From NCBI GenBank assembly GCA_037441705.1, contig JBBIRR010000055.1, positions 1 to 22,657 of the forward strand: DNA of 22,657 bases. The letters are read 5' to 3'. Every line of letters starts with the position of its first letter. Within the stretch, counting starts at the first letter, position 1. This DNA is from Ignavibacteriales bacterium (GTDB lineage: Bacteria; Bacteroidota; Ignavibacteria; UBA10030; UBA6906). The notes under the pieces are model-generated. The model was not told the origin of the DNA. It made no database searches and was given only the letters and a program-made list of their open reading frames with translations. A program made the translations under genes and the position numbers. This document shows positions 10,254 through 19,262 of the stretch, one piece after another.

Positions 10254-10664
10254 ATGTACGAGAAGCCGTTCCATCTGGAAATCATCACGCCAACCCGCGT
10301 GGTGTTCAGAGACGAAGCAACAAGTCTCAGCGCTCCCGGTGTAGAGGGAGGCTTTCAAGTGCTGTACAACCATGCGCCCTTCCTTACGACGCTGCAACCG
10401 GGCGAGCTGAAGGTGAAAGACAAGGATGGTAATGACACTCTCTTTGCTGCGTCAGGCGGGTTTGTGGAGGTGAATGCCAATCGCGTCGTCGTGCTTGCCG
10501 ATGCAGTGGAGAAGGCATCGGAGATTGATCCGGCGCGGGCAGAAGCAGCAAAAGCGCGAGCGGAGGAGCGATTGCAGAGACGCGATGCTGACCTCGACGT
10601 AGAACGCGCCCACGCGGCATTGGCTCGGGCGTTGAATCGCTTGCGTGTGGCTCGAAAAGGATAA
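10254..10664 (+). CDS. atpC: F1Fo ATP synthase subunit epsilon
   Basis: LEIITP, GFQVLYNHAP, SGGFVEV, C-terminal helical hairpin; directly follows atpD. Confidence 0.97.
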   Translation: MYEKPFHLEIITPTRVVFRDEATSLSAPGVEGGFQVLYNHAPFLTTLQPGELKVKDKDGNDTLFAASGGFVEVNANRVVVLADAVEKASEIDPARAEAAKARAEERLQRRDADLDVERAHAALARALNRLRVARKG

Positions 10665-10692
10665 CGTGTTGCGTAGGCAAACCACATCCCCG

Positions 10693-10725
10693 CCCTATTC
10701 CGCTCACAACGGAATGGGGTTTTTT
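10693..10725 (+). terminator. Intrinsic terminator after atpC
   Basis: CCCTATTCCG / CGGAATGGGG stem followed by T6. Confidence 0.8.
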
Positions 10726-10819
10726 GTCGCAGCAGCACTGGAGGAATCGGGTTCATGAAGACGTGCGCGCACGACGCGCATGAATGCTTTGTGGCGGACG
10801 TGTACTTCACTGCAGAGAA

Positions 10820-11926
10820 ATGATGATGAATATGACGGACGTGTATCCGGTTATCATGGCCGGAGGGGTCGGCACACGATTCTGGCCGCGGAGTCGCGAG
10901 AAATCTCCGAAACAGTTACTGGAAATCATCGGCAAGGGCACGCTGATTCAGAACACGGTCAAACGCCTCGCCGGATTTTTGGATGTCCGAAATTGCTTTG
11001 TCGTAACGAGCAGGGCGCAGAAGCCGCTGGCAAGTAAACAGCTGGAGGTGCTGCATGTGGACGAGGAGAAAATCCTTGTCGAACCGATGGGGCGGAACAC
11101 CGCGCCCTGCATAGGCCTTGCTGCGCTGCACATCCGCCGGATCAATCCCGAGGGCGTGATGGTTGTCCTTCCGGCCGATCACCTCATCAGCGATCTTGCT
11201 GAGTACGAACGTGTCATCCGCCTTGCCGTTGAGATTGCCAGAGAGTCGGGCAGTCTCATCACCATCGGCATTCACCCCACCTATCCCGAAACGGGCTACG
11301 GCTACATCCAGATGTACAACGAAGATGGGGCACACAATCCGTTCTTCTCGCGAGGGGTCTTCCGTGTGAAAACCTTCGCCGAGAAGCCATCGCTGCAGGT
11401 GGCGGAAAAATTTCTCGCCAGTGGTGACTTCCTCTGGAACAGCGGTCAGTTCGTCTGGCGTGTTGATGTGATCTTGAAGAAGATTGAACACCTCCTGCCT
11501 GAGTTGTATGCGGAACTGATGCGAGTTGACGCGGCTATGGAAACGCCTCAGTATGCCTCCACGTTGGAAAAAGCGTACGGGGTAATCAGAGGGATCTCGA
11601 TTGATTATGGGGTGATGGAAAAGACGGACGATGTGTACACGATCCCCGCGAATTTTGGATGGAGCGACATCGGCTCGTGGGATGAGGTTTACAGAATGTC
11701 CGGCAAAGATGAGAACGGCAATTCCATCACCGGATTAGTAATCCCCAAGGACACGAAAGGCAGTTATATCTACACGCAAGGAAAACTTGTGGCGACAATT
11801 GGCGTCGAAGATTTGATCATCGTAAACACAGATGACGCGCTGCTCATCTGCAAGCGAGGGCGTTCGCAAGATGTGAAGGAGGTTGCCGATCACCTTCGCC
11901 GCAAACAAATGGATCAGTATCTGTAA
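10820..11926 (+). CDS. manC: Mannose-1-phosphate guanylyltransferase
   Basis: [64 protein letters not shown]. Start is one of ATG 10820/10823/10826/10832. Confidence 0.93.
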   Translation: MMMNMTDVYPVIMAGGVGTRFWPRSREKSPKQLLEIIGKGTLIQNTVKRLAGFLDVRNCFVVTSRAQKPLASKQLEVLHVDEEKILVEPMGRNTAPCIGLAALHIRRINPEGVMVVLPADHLISDLAEYERVIRLAVEIARESGSLITIGIHPTYPETGYGYIQMYNEDGAHNPFFSRGVFRVKTFAEKPSLQVAEKFLASGDFLWNSGQFVWRVDVILKKIEHLLPELYAELMRVDAAMETPQYASTLEKAYGVIRGISIDYGVMEKTDDVYTIPANFGWSDIGSWDEVYRMSGKDENGNSITGLVIPKDTKGSYIYTQGKLVATIGVEDLIIVNTDDALLICKRGRSQDVKEVADHLRRKQMDQYL

Positions 11927-11928
11927 CT

Positions 11929-12345
11929 ATGAGAACACTCATCGAGGTTCTTCTCTGCGGGGCAGCGTTCTCGCTTTCGTTTGTGATGTCCAGTTGTGCC
12001 GGCGGATACGGAAGCACCGGCGCAGGCTCCGAGTATGAGTTGGAGGGCATAGCGTCCTACTACGCCGAGGACTTTCACGGCAGAAGGACCTCGAGCGGGG
12101 AGCGGTACGACATGTATGCTTTGACTGCGGCGCACCGGCAGCTTCCGTTCAATTCTCTTGTTCGTGTTACCAATCTGGAAAACAACCGCAGTGTGCAGGT
12201 GCGCATCAACGACCGGGGTCCATTCAAAGATGGACGCGTCATCGATCTTTCGTTCAAAGCAGCTCTCGAACTCGGCCTTATTGCCAAAGGAACCGTACCC
12301 GTGCGGATAGAAATTGTGGAGTTAGGCTCACCTCCAACGCGCTGA
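11929..12345 (+). CDS. rlpA: RlpA-family lytic transglycosylase lipoprotein (DPBB domain only)
   Basis: Lipobox-like [38 protein letters not shown]. Confidence 0.92.
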   Translation: MRTLIEVLLCGAAFSLSFVMSSCAGGYGSTGAGSEYELEGIASYYAEDFHGRRTSSGERYDMYALTAAHRQLPFNSLVRVTNLENNRSVQVRINDRGPFKDGRVIDLSFKAALELGLIAKGTVPVRIEIVELGSPPTR

Positions 12346-12353
12346 ATCGGACC

Positions 12354-13019
12354 ATGGCCAGAGCGGTCATCACCGAAAAGGATATTGATGCGGTTCTTGC
12401 CCAGGGCAAGAAACGTATCGAGATTCCCCAAGGGGCACTCGTCACTCCGCTGGCAGCCGAGCGAGCCACCTCACGAGGTGTAGAGATAATCACGCTCCGA
12501 CCGGAGGCGCCGATGAATCCACCATCCAACCCATCTCAATCCTCACCACCATCGCAGGCCCGAACAGCCGAGGTGATCGCCTTTGGCAGCGACCACGGAG
12601 GCTATCAATTGAAAGAGCAGCTGAAATCCTACGCCGAGAGCTTGGGCTACAAGGTGCTTGACGTGGGAACGTACGACGAGAAGCCATGCGATTACCCAGA
12701 CTATGCCTATGCCGTGGCTCGGGCCGTTTCGGCAGGCGAGGCGTGGAGGGGCGTAATGATTGATGGCGCCGGGATTGGTTCTTGTGTTGTAGCCAACAAA
12801 GTCCCGGGAATAAAGGCCGCATGTTGCCACAACGAATTCGTCGCTCGCAACGCTCGAGAACACAATGATACCAACGTCCTAACCCTCGGAAGCAGGGTTA
12901 CCGGGACCGAGCTTTGCAAAGAAATCCTCAAGACATGGCTGGAAACATGGTTTGCAGGGGGGCGCCACAAGCAGCGAGTGGAAAAAATTGCCCAAATTGA
13001 GCGGAAATTCATGAAGTGA
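12354..13019 (+). CDS. rpiB: RpiB/LacAB-family sugar-phosphate isomerase with extra N-terminal domain
   Basis: GSDHGG, DYPDYA, ANKVPGIKAA, AREHNDTNVLTLG, F.GGRH..RV in the C-terminal ~150 aa, preceded by a ~70-aa extension. Confidence 0.88.
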   Translation: MARAVITEKDIDAVLAQGKKRIEIPQGALVTPLAAERATSRGVEIITLRPEAPMNPPSNPSQSSPPSQARTAEVIAFGSDHGGYQLKEQLKSYAESLGYKVLDVGTYDEKPCDYPDYAYAVARAVSAGEAWRGVMIDGAGIGSCVVANKVPGIKAACCHNEFVARNAREHNDTNVLTLGSRVTGTELCKEILKTWLETWFAGGRHKQRVEKIAQIERKFMK

Positions 13020-13048
13020 ATTTTGAAGAATCTCCAGCTTCCAGCAAG

Positions 13049-13075
13049 GGCCAGTCACAGTAACTGGCCTTTTTT
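13049..13075 (+). terminator. Intrinsic terminator after rpiB
   Basis: GGCCAGT / ACTGGCC stem followed by T6. Confidence 0.8.
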
Positions 13076-13095
13076 GTTACCTGTGACAGGTAACA
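13075..13095. promoter_or_regulatory. 21-bp palindrome, candidate transcription-factor operator
   Basis: TGTTACCTGT-G-ACAGGTAACA: perfect 10-bp arms with a 1-nt spacer, ending 18 nt upstream of a -35 box. Confidence 0.6.
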
Positions 13096-13113
13096 TACTT
13101 AAGATTTTGTAAC

Positions 13114-13142
13114 TTGATTATAGTTGGCCATACCGCTATCTT
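13114..13142 (+). promoter_or_regulatory. Sigma70-type promoter of the SLT gene
   Basis: TTGATT-N17-TATCTT. Confidence 0.55.
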
Positions 13143-13278
13143 GATTACCGAGTTTCGGATTGTGAACTGCATCAAGTGATAGTCGATCTTTGGCATAGTT
13201 ACGGCATTTCATATTCTACTCAAATGAAATGTGGAAGCTGCTTGGAAGTTTGCATCTGAAACATAAAGTGAGGTATCA

Positions 13279-14031
13279 ATGAACAAACACATACACATAC
13301 TGGCCATGGGAATGGCAATTTCGCTGGCGGTTGTGGGGTGCACCCCTTCCAGCCAGAACCTGGCGAAGAAGGCCGACATGACCGATGTGGATGAAGCAGG
13401 GGAAAGTTACGGCATCGCCTTGATGGCCGACCAGACGGTGCAGAAAGCCATTAAGGTTGATTGGGCTACGCGCAACATCATTAGAAGCTATGGCCCAACG
13501 ATTAAGGAATACTCTCGGAAATACGGCTTCGACTGGAGGCTAACACTGGCCGTCATGAAGGCCGAGTCGAGCTTTCTTGACAGCGCAGTAAGCCCCATGG
13601 GAGCGGAAGGTCTGATGCAAATCATGCCTGCTACGCAAGTGCATGTTGCGCAGGCCTTGAATCTGGAAAGTGTTGCGGAGCCACAGAACAACATCAAGGC
13701 GGGTATCTACTATCTGAGCCGGCTGTACCGGCTCTTCGAGGATGCGGACGAAAGCGACCGCCTGCGCCTGACACTGGCGGCATACAACGCAGGTCCCGGC
13801 CGCGTCTTCGATGCGCAGGATATTGCCCGCTACCTGAACGAAAGCCCGACCCGATGGGCTTCGATCCGCGATGCCCTCCCGCTGCTCTCGGGCCGGTATT
13901 ATACCTTACACCAGCAGGTGTGGGAAAAACAAAAGCCCCGGTCGGGGATCTTCAGCAACCACCGGGAGACCATCTCTTACGTGGAGAAGGTCATGAACTA
14001 CTATGACGAGTACCGGTTGGTGCTCAACTAA
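13279..14031 (+). CDS. Lytic transglycosylase, SLT domain (MltF C-terminal-like), probable lipoprotein
   Basis: Lipobox VVGC, DWRL, catalytic KAESSF, GLMQIMP, LAAYNAGPGRV, ETISYV; GAGGT RBS. Confidence 0.9.
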   Translation: MNKHIHILAMGMAISLAVVGCTPSSQNLAKKADMTDVDEAGESYGIALMADQTVQKAIKVDWATRNIIRSYGPTIKEYSRKYGFDWRLTLAVMKAESSFLDSAVSPMGAEGLMQIMPATQVHVAQALNLESVAEPQNNIKAGIYYLSRLYRLFEDADESDRLRLTLAAYNAGPGRVFDAQDIARYLNESPTRWASIRDALPLLSGRYYTLHQQVWEKQKPRSGIFSNHRETISYVEKVMNYYDEYRLVLN

Positions 14032-14053
14032 AGAGGAAGTGTACTCAACGCAG

Positions 14054-14084
14054 ACGCCTGAGAGAAGTTCTCTCAGGCGTTTTC
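14054..14084 (+). terminator. Terminator between the convergent SLT gene and pdaD
   Basis: ACGCCTGAGAG / CTCTCAGGCGT perfect 11-bp stem followed by TTTCGTTT. Confidence 0.8.
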
Positions 14085-14105
14085 GTTTCATCGGGTCTCA
14101 CGCCG

Positions 14106-14651
14106 TTACGGCAGGAGAATTGCGCACGCCACGACCGTCGTCCAGATGCCGTCCTTGTGTCCTTCAGCCGATTGGGTGACGTTGTATGTCTTGATGATCT
14201 TGCCGCTCATCTTGTATTGCTTCTCGCGTTCGTCCCATGCGATGTTGGGATCGAACTCGACGCCCAGCGTGGTGGCAAGCATTGTTGCTGCAAGGTCCTC
14301 CGCGTATTCGCCGGCCTTCTCGTCCGTTTCGCCAAATGGATGATGCTCGGAGAGATACCCGTATTGGTTCGGATCGGCCGGCTGTGCCACGCCGATTGAA
14401 GCAGCAATGAGCCGATTGGGCTCGTTCGTCGCATTCCGTGCCATCACCGCAAAAGTAATCTGTCCGGGCTGAAGGAGCTTCAAACCCTCCTCAGCCGGGA
14501 TACGTTTGCAGTTGGGCGGGTAGATACTGGACACGGTGACGAGGTTGCACTTCTCGATGCGGGCATCCCGCAGTGCTAACTCGAACGACTGAAGGTAATC
14601 CTTGTGTCGTCCGACTCCCTTGGTAAAGAACATTTTCCCGGGGACATACAA
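14106..14651 (-). CDS. pdaD: Pyruvoyl-dependent arginine decarboxylase
   Basis: [20 protein letters not shown] (Ser-Ser autocleavage site), [31 protein letters not shown] start. Confidence 0.92.
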   Translation of the reverse strand: MYVPGKMFFTKGVGRHKDYLQSFELALRDARIEKCNLVTVSSIYPPNCKRIPAEEGLKLLQPGQITFAVMARNATNEPNRLIAASIGVAQPADPNQYGYLSEHHPFGETDEKAGEYAEDLAATMLATTLGVEFDPNIAWDEREKQYKMSGKIIKTYNVTQSAEGHKDGIWTTVVACAILLP

Positions 14652-14696
14652 GGTCTCATCTCCATTGATAATGTGAATACACCGTGGTTTGTGCTC

Positions 14697-15917
14697 TTAG
14701 GCTCTCTTGACGCGCAGAAACTTTCGTTTTCCCACCTTGACGATCACCTCGCCCCGAATGGCAACGACGGCCTTCTCATCGGGCACGCGCGCGCCGTTGA
14801 TACTCACCGCGCCCTGCGCAATCATCCGCCGTGCTTCACCTTTCGACGCGACAAGTTTCGTCGAGGTCAGCAAGTCTACAATACCGATTGTTCCGTTGTC
14901 GGTTGCAACCACCATCTCCGGAACTTCGTCGGGCAAATCCTTCTTGACAAAAATCCGATCAAATTCCTCCTGGGCTGCTTGTGCAGCTTCGGCGCTGTGA
15001 TAGAGCCGCACAAGTTCCCGCGCAAGTCGTCGCTTCAGGTCGCGGGGATTGGTACTCCCGTCCTCGAGTGCCGCCTTGATCTGCTCAAGCTCGGCAGGGC
15101 TGACATCCGTCGTCAACAAAAAGTAGTCGTAGATGAGCTTGTCGGGAATGGACAGTGTTTTGCCGAAAATCTCACGCGGCGGCTCGTTGATGCCGATGTA
15201 ATTGTCGAGCGACTTGCTCATCTTTTCCACGCCGTCGGTTCCCACAAGAATGGGCAGGGTAATAGCGACCTGGGGTTCCATCTTGAACTCGCGCTGGATA
15301 TCGCGCCCGACGAGCAGATTGAATTTCTGATCGGTTCCCCCCAATTCCACATCGGCCTGGACGGCAACGGAATCCATCGCCTGTGCAAGAGGGTACAGCA
15401 GCTCGTGGATGCTGATCGGTTCGCCCGACGCATAGCGCTTCTCGAAATCATCACGCTCCAGCATGCGGGCCACGGTGTACTTGCTCGCCAGCCCGATCAC
15501 GTCGGCAAAGGTCATCCTTCCCAACCATTCCGAGTTGTACAGCATCTGGATTTTTTTCGTGGAAAGGATTTTCGTCGCCTGCTCGAAATAGCTTTGTCCG
15601 TTCTTGCGCGTCTCTTCCAACGAAAGCGGCGAACGCGTTTTACTGCGACCCGATGGATCGCCGATCATCCCGGTGAAGTCTCCCACGATGAGAATCGCCT
15701 GATGGCCAAGATCCTGAAACTGGCGCAACTTCCGCAAGACGACCGAATGCCCGAGATGCAAATCGGGTCGGCTGGGGTCGCACCCCAGCTTCACGTTCAA
15801 CGGCTTCTGCGTTTTCAGGGAGTTCTCGATTTTCTGGACGAGCGACTCTTCGGGGATGATCTCGGCAACACCCCGCCGGATGACATCCATTTGTTCATTC
15901 AGAGGTGGGAACGACAC
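14697..15917 (-). CDS. tyrS: Tyrosine--tRNA ligase
   Basis: [11 protein letters not shown] (HIGH), [23 protein letters not shown]-terminal S4 domain ending KVGKRKF. Confidence 0.98.
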   Translation of the reverse strand: MSFPPLNEQMDVIRRGVAEIIPEESLVQKIENSLKTQKPLNVKLGCDPSRPDLHLGHSVVLRKLRQFQDLGHQAILIVGDFTGMIGDPSGRSKTRSPLSLEETRKNGQSYFEQATKILSTKKIQMLYNSEWLGRMTFADVIGLASKYTVARMLERDDFEKRYASGEPISIHELLYPLAQAMDSVAVQADVELGGTDQKFNLLVGRDIQREFKMEPQVAITLPILVGTDGVEKMSKSLDNYIGINEPPREIFGKTLSIPDKLIYDYFLLTTDVSPAELEQIKAALEDGSTNPRDLKRRLARELVRLYHSAEAAQAAQEEFDRIFVKKDLPDEVPEMVVATDNGTIGIVDLLTSTKLVASKGEARRMIAQGAVSINGARVPDEKAVVAIRGEVIVKVGKRKFLRVKRA

Positions 15918-15923
15918 AGCGTA

Positions 15924-16397
15924 TTACCGTGCATACTTTCTGCGGACTTCGCGCTCCATCTCCCGCTCGGCGATTGCTGCGCGCTTGTCATACGCCTTCT
16001 TTCCCTGGGCAACGCCAAGCAGCACCTTCGCATTATGCTTCTTGAAGTACACCTTCAGCGGAATCAGCGTCAGTCCTTTCTGCGAGATTTTCTGGGCAAG
16101 TCGGCGAATCTCATGCTTGTGGAGGAGAAGCTTCCGGCTCCGCACCGGATCGACATTGGCATAGCTGCCCTGCTCATACGGGGAGATGTGCATCCCCATC
16201 AGCCATACTTCTCCCTCTTTTATCGTTGCGTAGCCGTCGGTCAGGTTGGCTTTTCCCTGCCGCAGCGACTTTACTTCGGTTCCTTTCAAAACGATCCCGG
16301 CTTCAACCGTGTCGAGAATGGTGTAGTCGTGACGTGCCTTGCGGTTGGTGGTGACAACTTTCTCACCGCCCTCTTCACGAGTGTCGGGCATCTCCAT
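15924..16397 (-). CDS. smpB: SsrA-binding protein SmpB
   Basis: NRKARHDY, EAGIVLKGTEVKSLR, RKLLLHK, GKKAYDKR. Start is 16397 or 16391; ATG 16418 abuts the -10 box and is unlikely. Confidence 0.97.
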   Translation of the reverse strand: MEMPDTREEGGEKVVTTNRKARHDYTILDTVEAGIVLKGTEVKSLRQGKANLTDGYATIKEGEVWLMGMHISPYEQGSYANVDPVRSRKLLLHKHEIRRLAQKISQKGLTLIPLKVYFKKHNAKVLLGVAQGKKAYDKRAAIAEREMEREVRRKYAR

Positions 16398-16418
16398 GCT
16401 ATCTGAAATTGCGTGCAT

Positions 16419-16447
16419 AGTATATCAAAATAGAAAAGGAAAATCAA
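16419..16447 (-). promoter_or_regulatory. Sigma70-type promoter of smpB-tyrS-pdaD
   Basis: TTGATT-N17-TATACT on the minus strand. Confidence 0.7.
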
Positions 16448-16600
16448 TGTTCGCTCCGACTGCGCGCTTGCTCGCGAACACTCCGTGCTCGCTCCGCGCG
16501 GCGTGCACTTTCTTCCCACACCAACATTCTCTACATTTTTCCGTGACCGCTCCAAGCGGAGTTGTGCTCACCTTTCCGTCCATGGACCTTCGTGCAACGT

Positions 16601-17692
16601 ATGACTGACGAACTCACGGTCTCCGCGCCCGGGCGCATCTGCTTGTTCGGCGAGCATCAAGACTATTTGAATCTCCCGGTGGTTCCCGCTGCAATTTCTC
16701 TCCGCCTCACCATCAGCGGAACGAGGAGGGCGGACGGCTGGTGTGTCGTTACGCTTCCAGACGTTCAGGCGGTCGAACGTTTTCCTCTTGGCTCGCCGCT
16801 TCCGTACATGCACCAAAAGGATTACTTTCGGAGCGCCGCCGTCGTTCTCGCGCGACATGGGTTGACATTCGGGACTGGGGTCGAGGCGACGGTTCGGAGC
16901 GCCATACCGATCAAAGCCGGCACGTCCAGCTCATCTGCCCTTGCCGTGGCATGGGTGAAGTTTCTGGCGTACATGAGCGATCAGTACGTTACGCTTCCGC
17001 CTCTCGAATTGGCCCGCTACGCCTACGAAACGGAGGTGGTGGAGTTTGCCGAAGCGGGCGGCATCATGGACCAATGTGCGGCTGCCTTCGGCGGGGTGCT
17101 CGCCATCGAGTTCGTTCCGGTCCTTACCGTACAGCCCTTGCGCGTTGATTTGAAGGCGTTCGTGCTCGGCGATTCCCACGAACCGAAAGACACTCAGGCG
17201 ATCCTTTCGCGGGTAAAGAATGGCGTGCTGGAGATTGTTCGTCTGCTTCGCACAGTCGATCCCGAATTTTCCCTTCATCATGCACACCGAGCCGAACTGG
17301 ATCGGTACCAGCGTGCGTTGACTGCCGAGCAGCTTACGCTTCTTGACGGCACACTGCGCAACTTTGAACTGACACAGGAAGCGCGCACGGTGCTGGCGAC
17401 GTCACCCCTGGATCATCGCAGGATCGGCGAGCTGCTTACCGAACATCATCGCGTGCTGCGCGATGTGCAGCGCATCTCCACTCCCAAAATCGAACGCATG
17501 CTTGATGCAGCGCTGGAGGCAGGAGCGTATGGAGGGAAAATCAATGGTTCGGGCGGAGGAGGCTGCATGTTTGCGTATGCCCCCGAGCGTACCGGGCATG
17601 TGGTCGAAGCCATCGAGCGCGCCGGAGGAACCGCGTATGTTGTCCACGTTGATGAAGGCGCAACGACCCACGGATTCAACGAGGTGCCGTGA
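16601..17692 (+). CDS. GHMP-family sugar kinase (galactokinase-like)
   Basis: APGRICLFGEHQDY, PIKAGTSSSSA (motif II), GGIMDQ, GGKINGSGGGG (motif III). ATG 16601 preferred over TTG 16562. Confidence 0.88.
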   Translation: MTDELTVSAPGRICLFGEHQDYLNLPVVPAAISLRLTISGTRRADGWCVVTLPDVQAVERFPLGSPLPYMHQKDYFRSAAVVLARHGLTFGTGVEATVRSAIPIKAGTSSSSALAVAWVKFLAYMSDQYVTLPPLELARYAYETEVVEFAEAGGIMDQCAAAFGGVLAIEFVPVLTVQPLRVDLKAFVLGDSHEPKDTQAILSRVKNGVLEIVRLLRTVDPEFSLHHAHRAELDRYQRALTAEQLTLLDGTLRNFELTQEARTVLATSPLDHRRIGELLTEHHRVLRDVQRISTPKIERMLDAALEAGAYGGKINGSGGGGCMFAYAPERTGHVVEAIERAGGTAYVVHVDEGATTHGFNEVP

Positions 17693-18553
17693 ATGGGAGC
17701 GAACATCATCATTCTTGCCGGCGGGGCAGCCTCGCGTATGAAACAAGTGGAAGACGTCAACCTCGATGAGCGGCTCTCGAAGGACGTGCTGACGAAGGCG
17801 AAAGCAATGCTTCCGGTCGGCAGGAACGGTAGGCCGTTTCTCGATTATCTTCTCTACAACATTGCGCGCGCCGGGTATCGCAATGTAATGATCGTTGTTG
17901 GAGAGAACGATGCGTCCATCGAGCACTATTATGTTGATGAAGGGGGGTCGAACTATTTCGACTCGCTTGCGTTCTCGTTTGTCCGGCAGCCCGTTCCAGC
18001 AGGACGTTCGAAGCCCTTGGGCACGGCCGACGCGCTGCTGCGAGCGCTGCGCAGCGTCCCGCACTGGCGTGGACAGCACTTTACCGTATGCAATTCCGAC
18101 AATTTGTACTCAAGCACAGCGTTGCGCCTTCTCCTCGACGACGATCACCCCAATGCAATGATTGACTACGACAGAAGCGCATTGCAATTCCCGGAACATC
18201 GCATTACACAGTTCTCGGTGATCATAAAGGATCGCGAAGGCTTCCTGACCGATATCATCGAAAAGCCAGATGCGGATGAGCTGGAACGAGCTCGCGACGC
18301 GTATGGACGGATCGGCGTGAGTATGAACCTCTGGCGCTTTTCGTACGATCAGATTTTGCCATACCTCGAAGCAGTTCCTCTTCATCCGGAGCGCGAGGAA
18401 AAGGAATTGCCCATAGCAGTTCGCATGATGGTTGGGCAGCACCCGAAAGCTGTCTACACCATTCCCGTCGCCGAACACGTCATCGACCTCACAAGTCCCG
18501 CCGACATCGAAGCCGTCCGCGCATATCTCCTCACGCAATTCCCAGACCTATAG
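17693..18553 (+). CDS. Sugar-phosphate nucleotidyltransferase (NTP_transferase-like)
   Basis: IILAGGAASRMK, KAMLPVG, RPFLDY, KPLGTADA, CNSDNLY, IIEKP. Starts immediately after the kinase stop codon. Confidence 0.85.
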   Translation: MGANIIILAGGAASRMKQVEDVNLDERLSKDVLTKAKAMLPVGRNGRPFLDYLLYNIARAGYRNVMIVVGENDASIEHYYVDEGGSNYFDSLAFSFVRQPVPAGRSKPLGTADALLRALRSVPHWRGQHFTVCNSDNLYSSTALRLLLDDDHPNAMIDYDRSALQFPEHRITQFSVIIKDREGFLTDIIEKPDADELERARDAYGRIGVSMNLWRFSYDQILPYLEAVPLHPEREEKELPIAVRMMVGQHPKAVYTIPVAEHVIDLTSPADIEAVRAYLLTQFPDL

Positions 18554-18724
18554 CAAGCGGGCAGTGTGATAGTTTCGGGGCCTCTCAAAATACTGCAAAT
18601 GGAGTATTGAACCGAGAATGCCGCCGGCGCATATTGAAGCCAGATGTAACCAGCATCTCCCCGCTATGGTCCGCTTACCCAAGGGGGAGAAACGCAATCA
18701 ACACAAACTACAAAAGGGGATGTC

Positions 18725-19141
18725 ATGAAACCACACAAGTTCCTGGCTATCGTCGCGGCAACTGTCCTTCTGGCTCTTGTCGGCTGTAAGAAGGACGAAG
18801 AACCGACAAACAGCAACAACAACAACACCGGTGGAGGTGGGACCGGCGGCACGATTACGATCACCGTTGGGTCGGGGCTGAATCCAACCTACACGTGGAG
18901 TGGGGGAAACGTGTATCAGGTGAGCGTTGTGCGTCAATCCAGCCCCGGCACAATCGTGTGGGGGGCTGCAACGCCTGGCAACAACAACATCAGTTCGCCC
19001 GTCACGCACGGAACTCTGCCTGCGGGTGCTGTGCAGACCTCCTTCTCAAACACGGAGACGACGTTGAGCGCCGGAGTTGCGTACAGGGTGACTGTCACAA
19101 GACTTGATGGGAGCTTCGGCTACACTGACTTTACGCGGTAG
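18725..19141 (+). CDS. Small hypothetical lipoprotein
   Basis: Signal peptide with lipobox LVGC-KKDEEP, Asn/Gly linker, then a ~95-aa Thr/Val/Gly-rich predicted beta domain; AAGGGGA RBS. Confidence 0.85.
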   Translation: MKPHKFLAIVAATVLLALVGCKKDEEPTNSNNNNTGGGGTGGTITITVGSGLNPTYTWSGGNVYQVSVVRQSSPGTIVWGAATPGNNNISSPVTHGTLPAGAVQTSFSNTETTLSAGVAYRVTVTRLDGSFGYTDFTR

Positions 19142-19162
19142 CACTGTCGGGTGTAGATCGGA

Positions 19163-19252
19163 CAAGCCTCATCGTGCCGGGCAGCGATTACAAGTCGTCG
19201 GACCATCGGTTTGTAAATCTCCCGCTCGTGCCGGTGAGGCTTGAGGTTTTTT
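19163..19252 (+). terminator. Long (81-nt) imperfect hairpin plus T-tract between convergent genes
   Basis: CAAGCCTCATCG pairs with CGGTGAGGCTTG, CGGGC with GCTCG, GATTACAAGTCG with CGGTTTGTAAATC. Followed by AGGTTTTTT. Confidence 0.6.
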
Positions 19253-19262
19253 GCCGGGGAAG

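Noticed and set aside
13191-13206. Possible sigma54 promoter TGGCATAGTTACGGCA (GG-N10-GC)
   Set aside because: Spacing fits but the -12 element is CGGC rather than TTGC, and a good sigma70-type promoter exists at 13114-13142. Not excluded, but not supported enough to list.
14604-16406. 600-aa plus-strand ORF
   Set aside because: Antisense shadow of tyrS and smpB; no recognisable motifs. Long shadow ORFs are expected at this GC content.
11929-18553. RlpA, SLT and kinase/nucleotidyltransferase as one peptidoglycan-recycling cluster
   Set aside because: They are in separate transcription units split by terminators and the smpB-tyrS-pdaD operon; no evidence of linkage.
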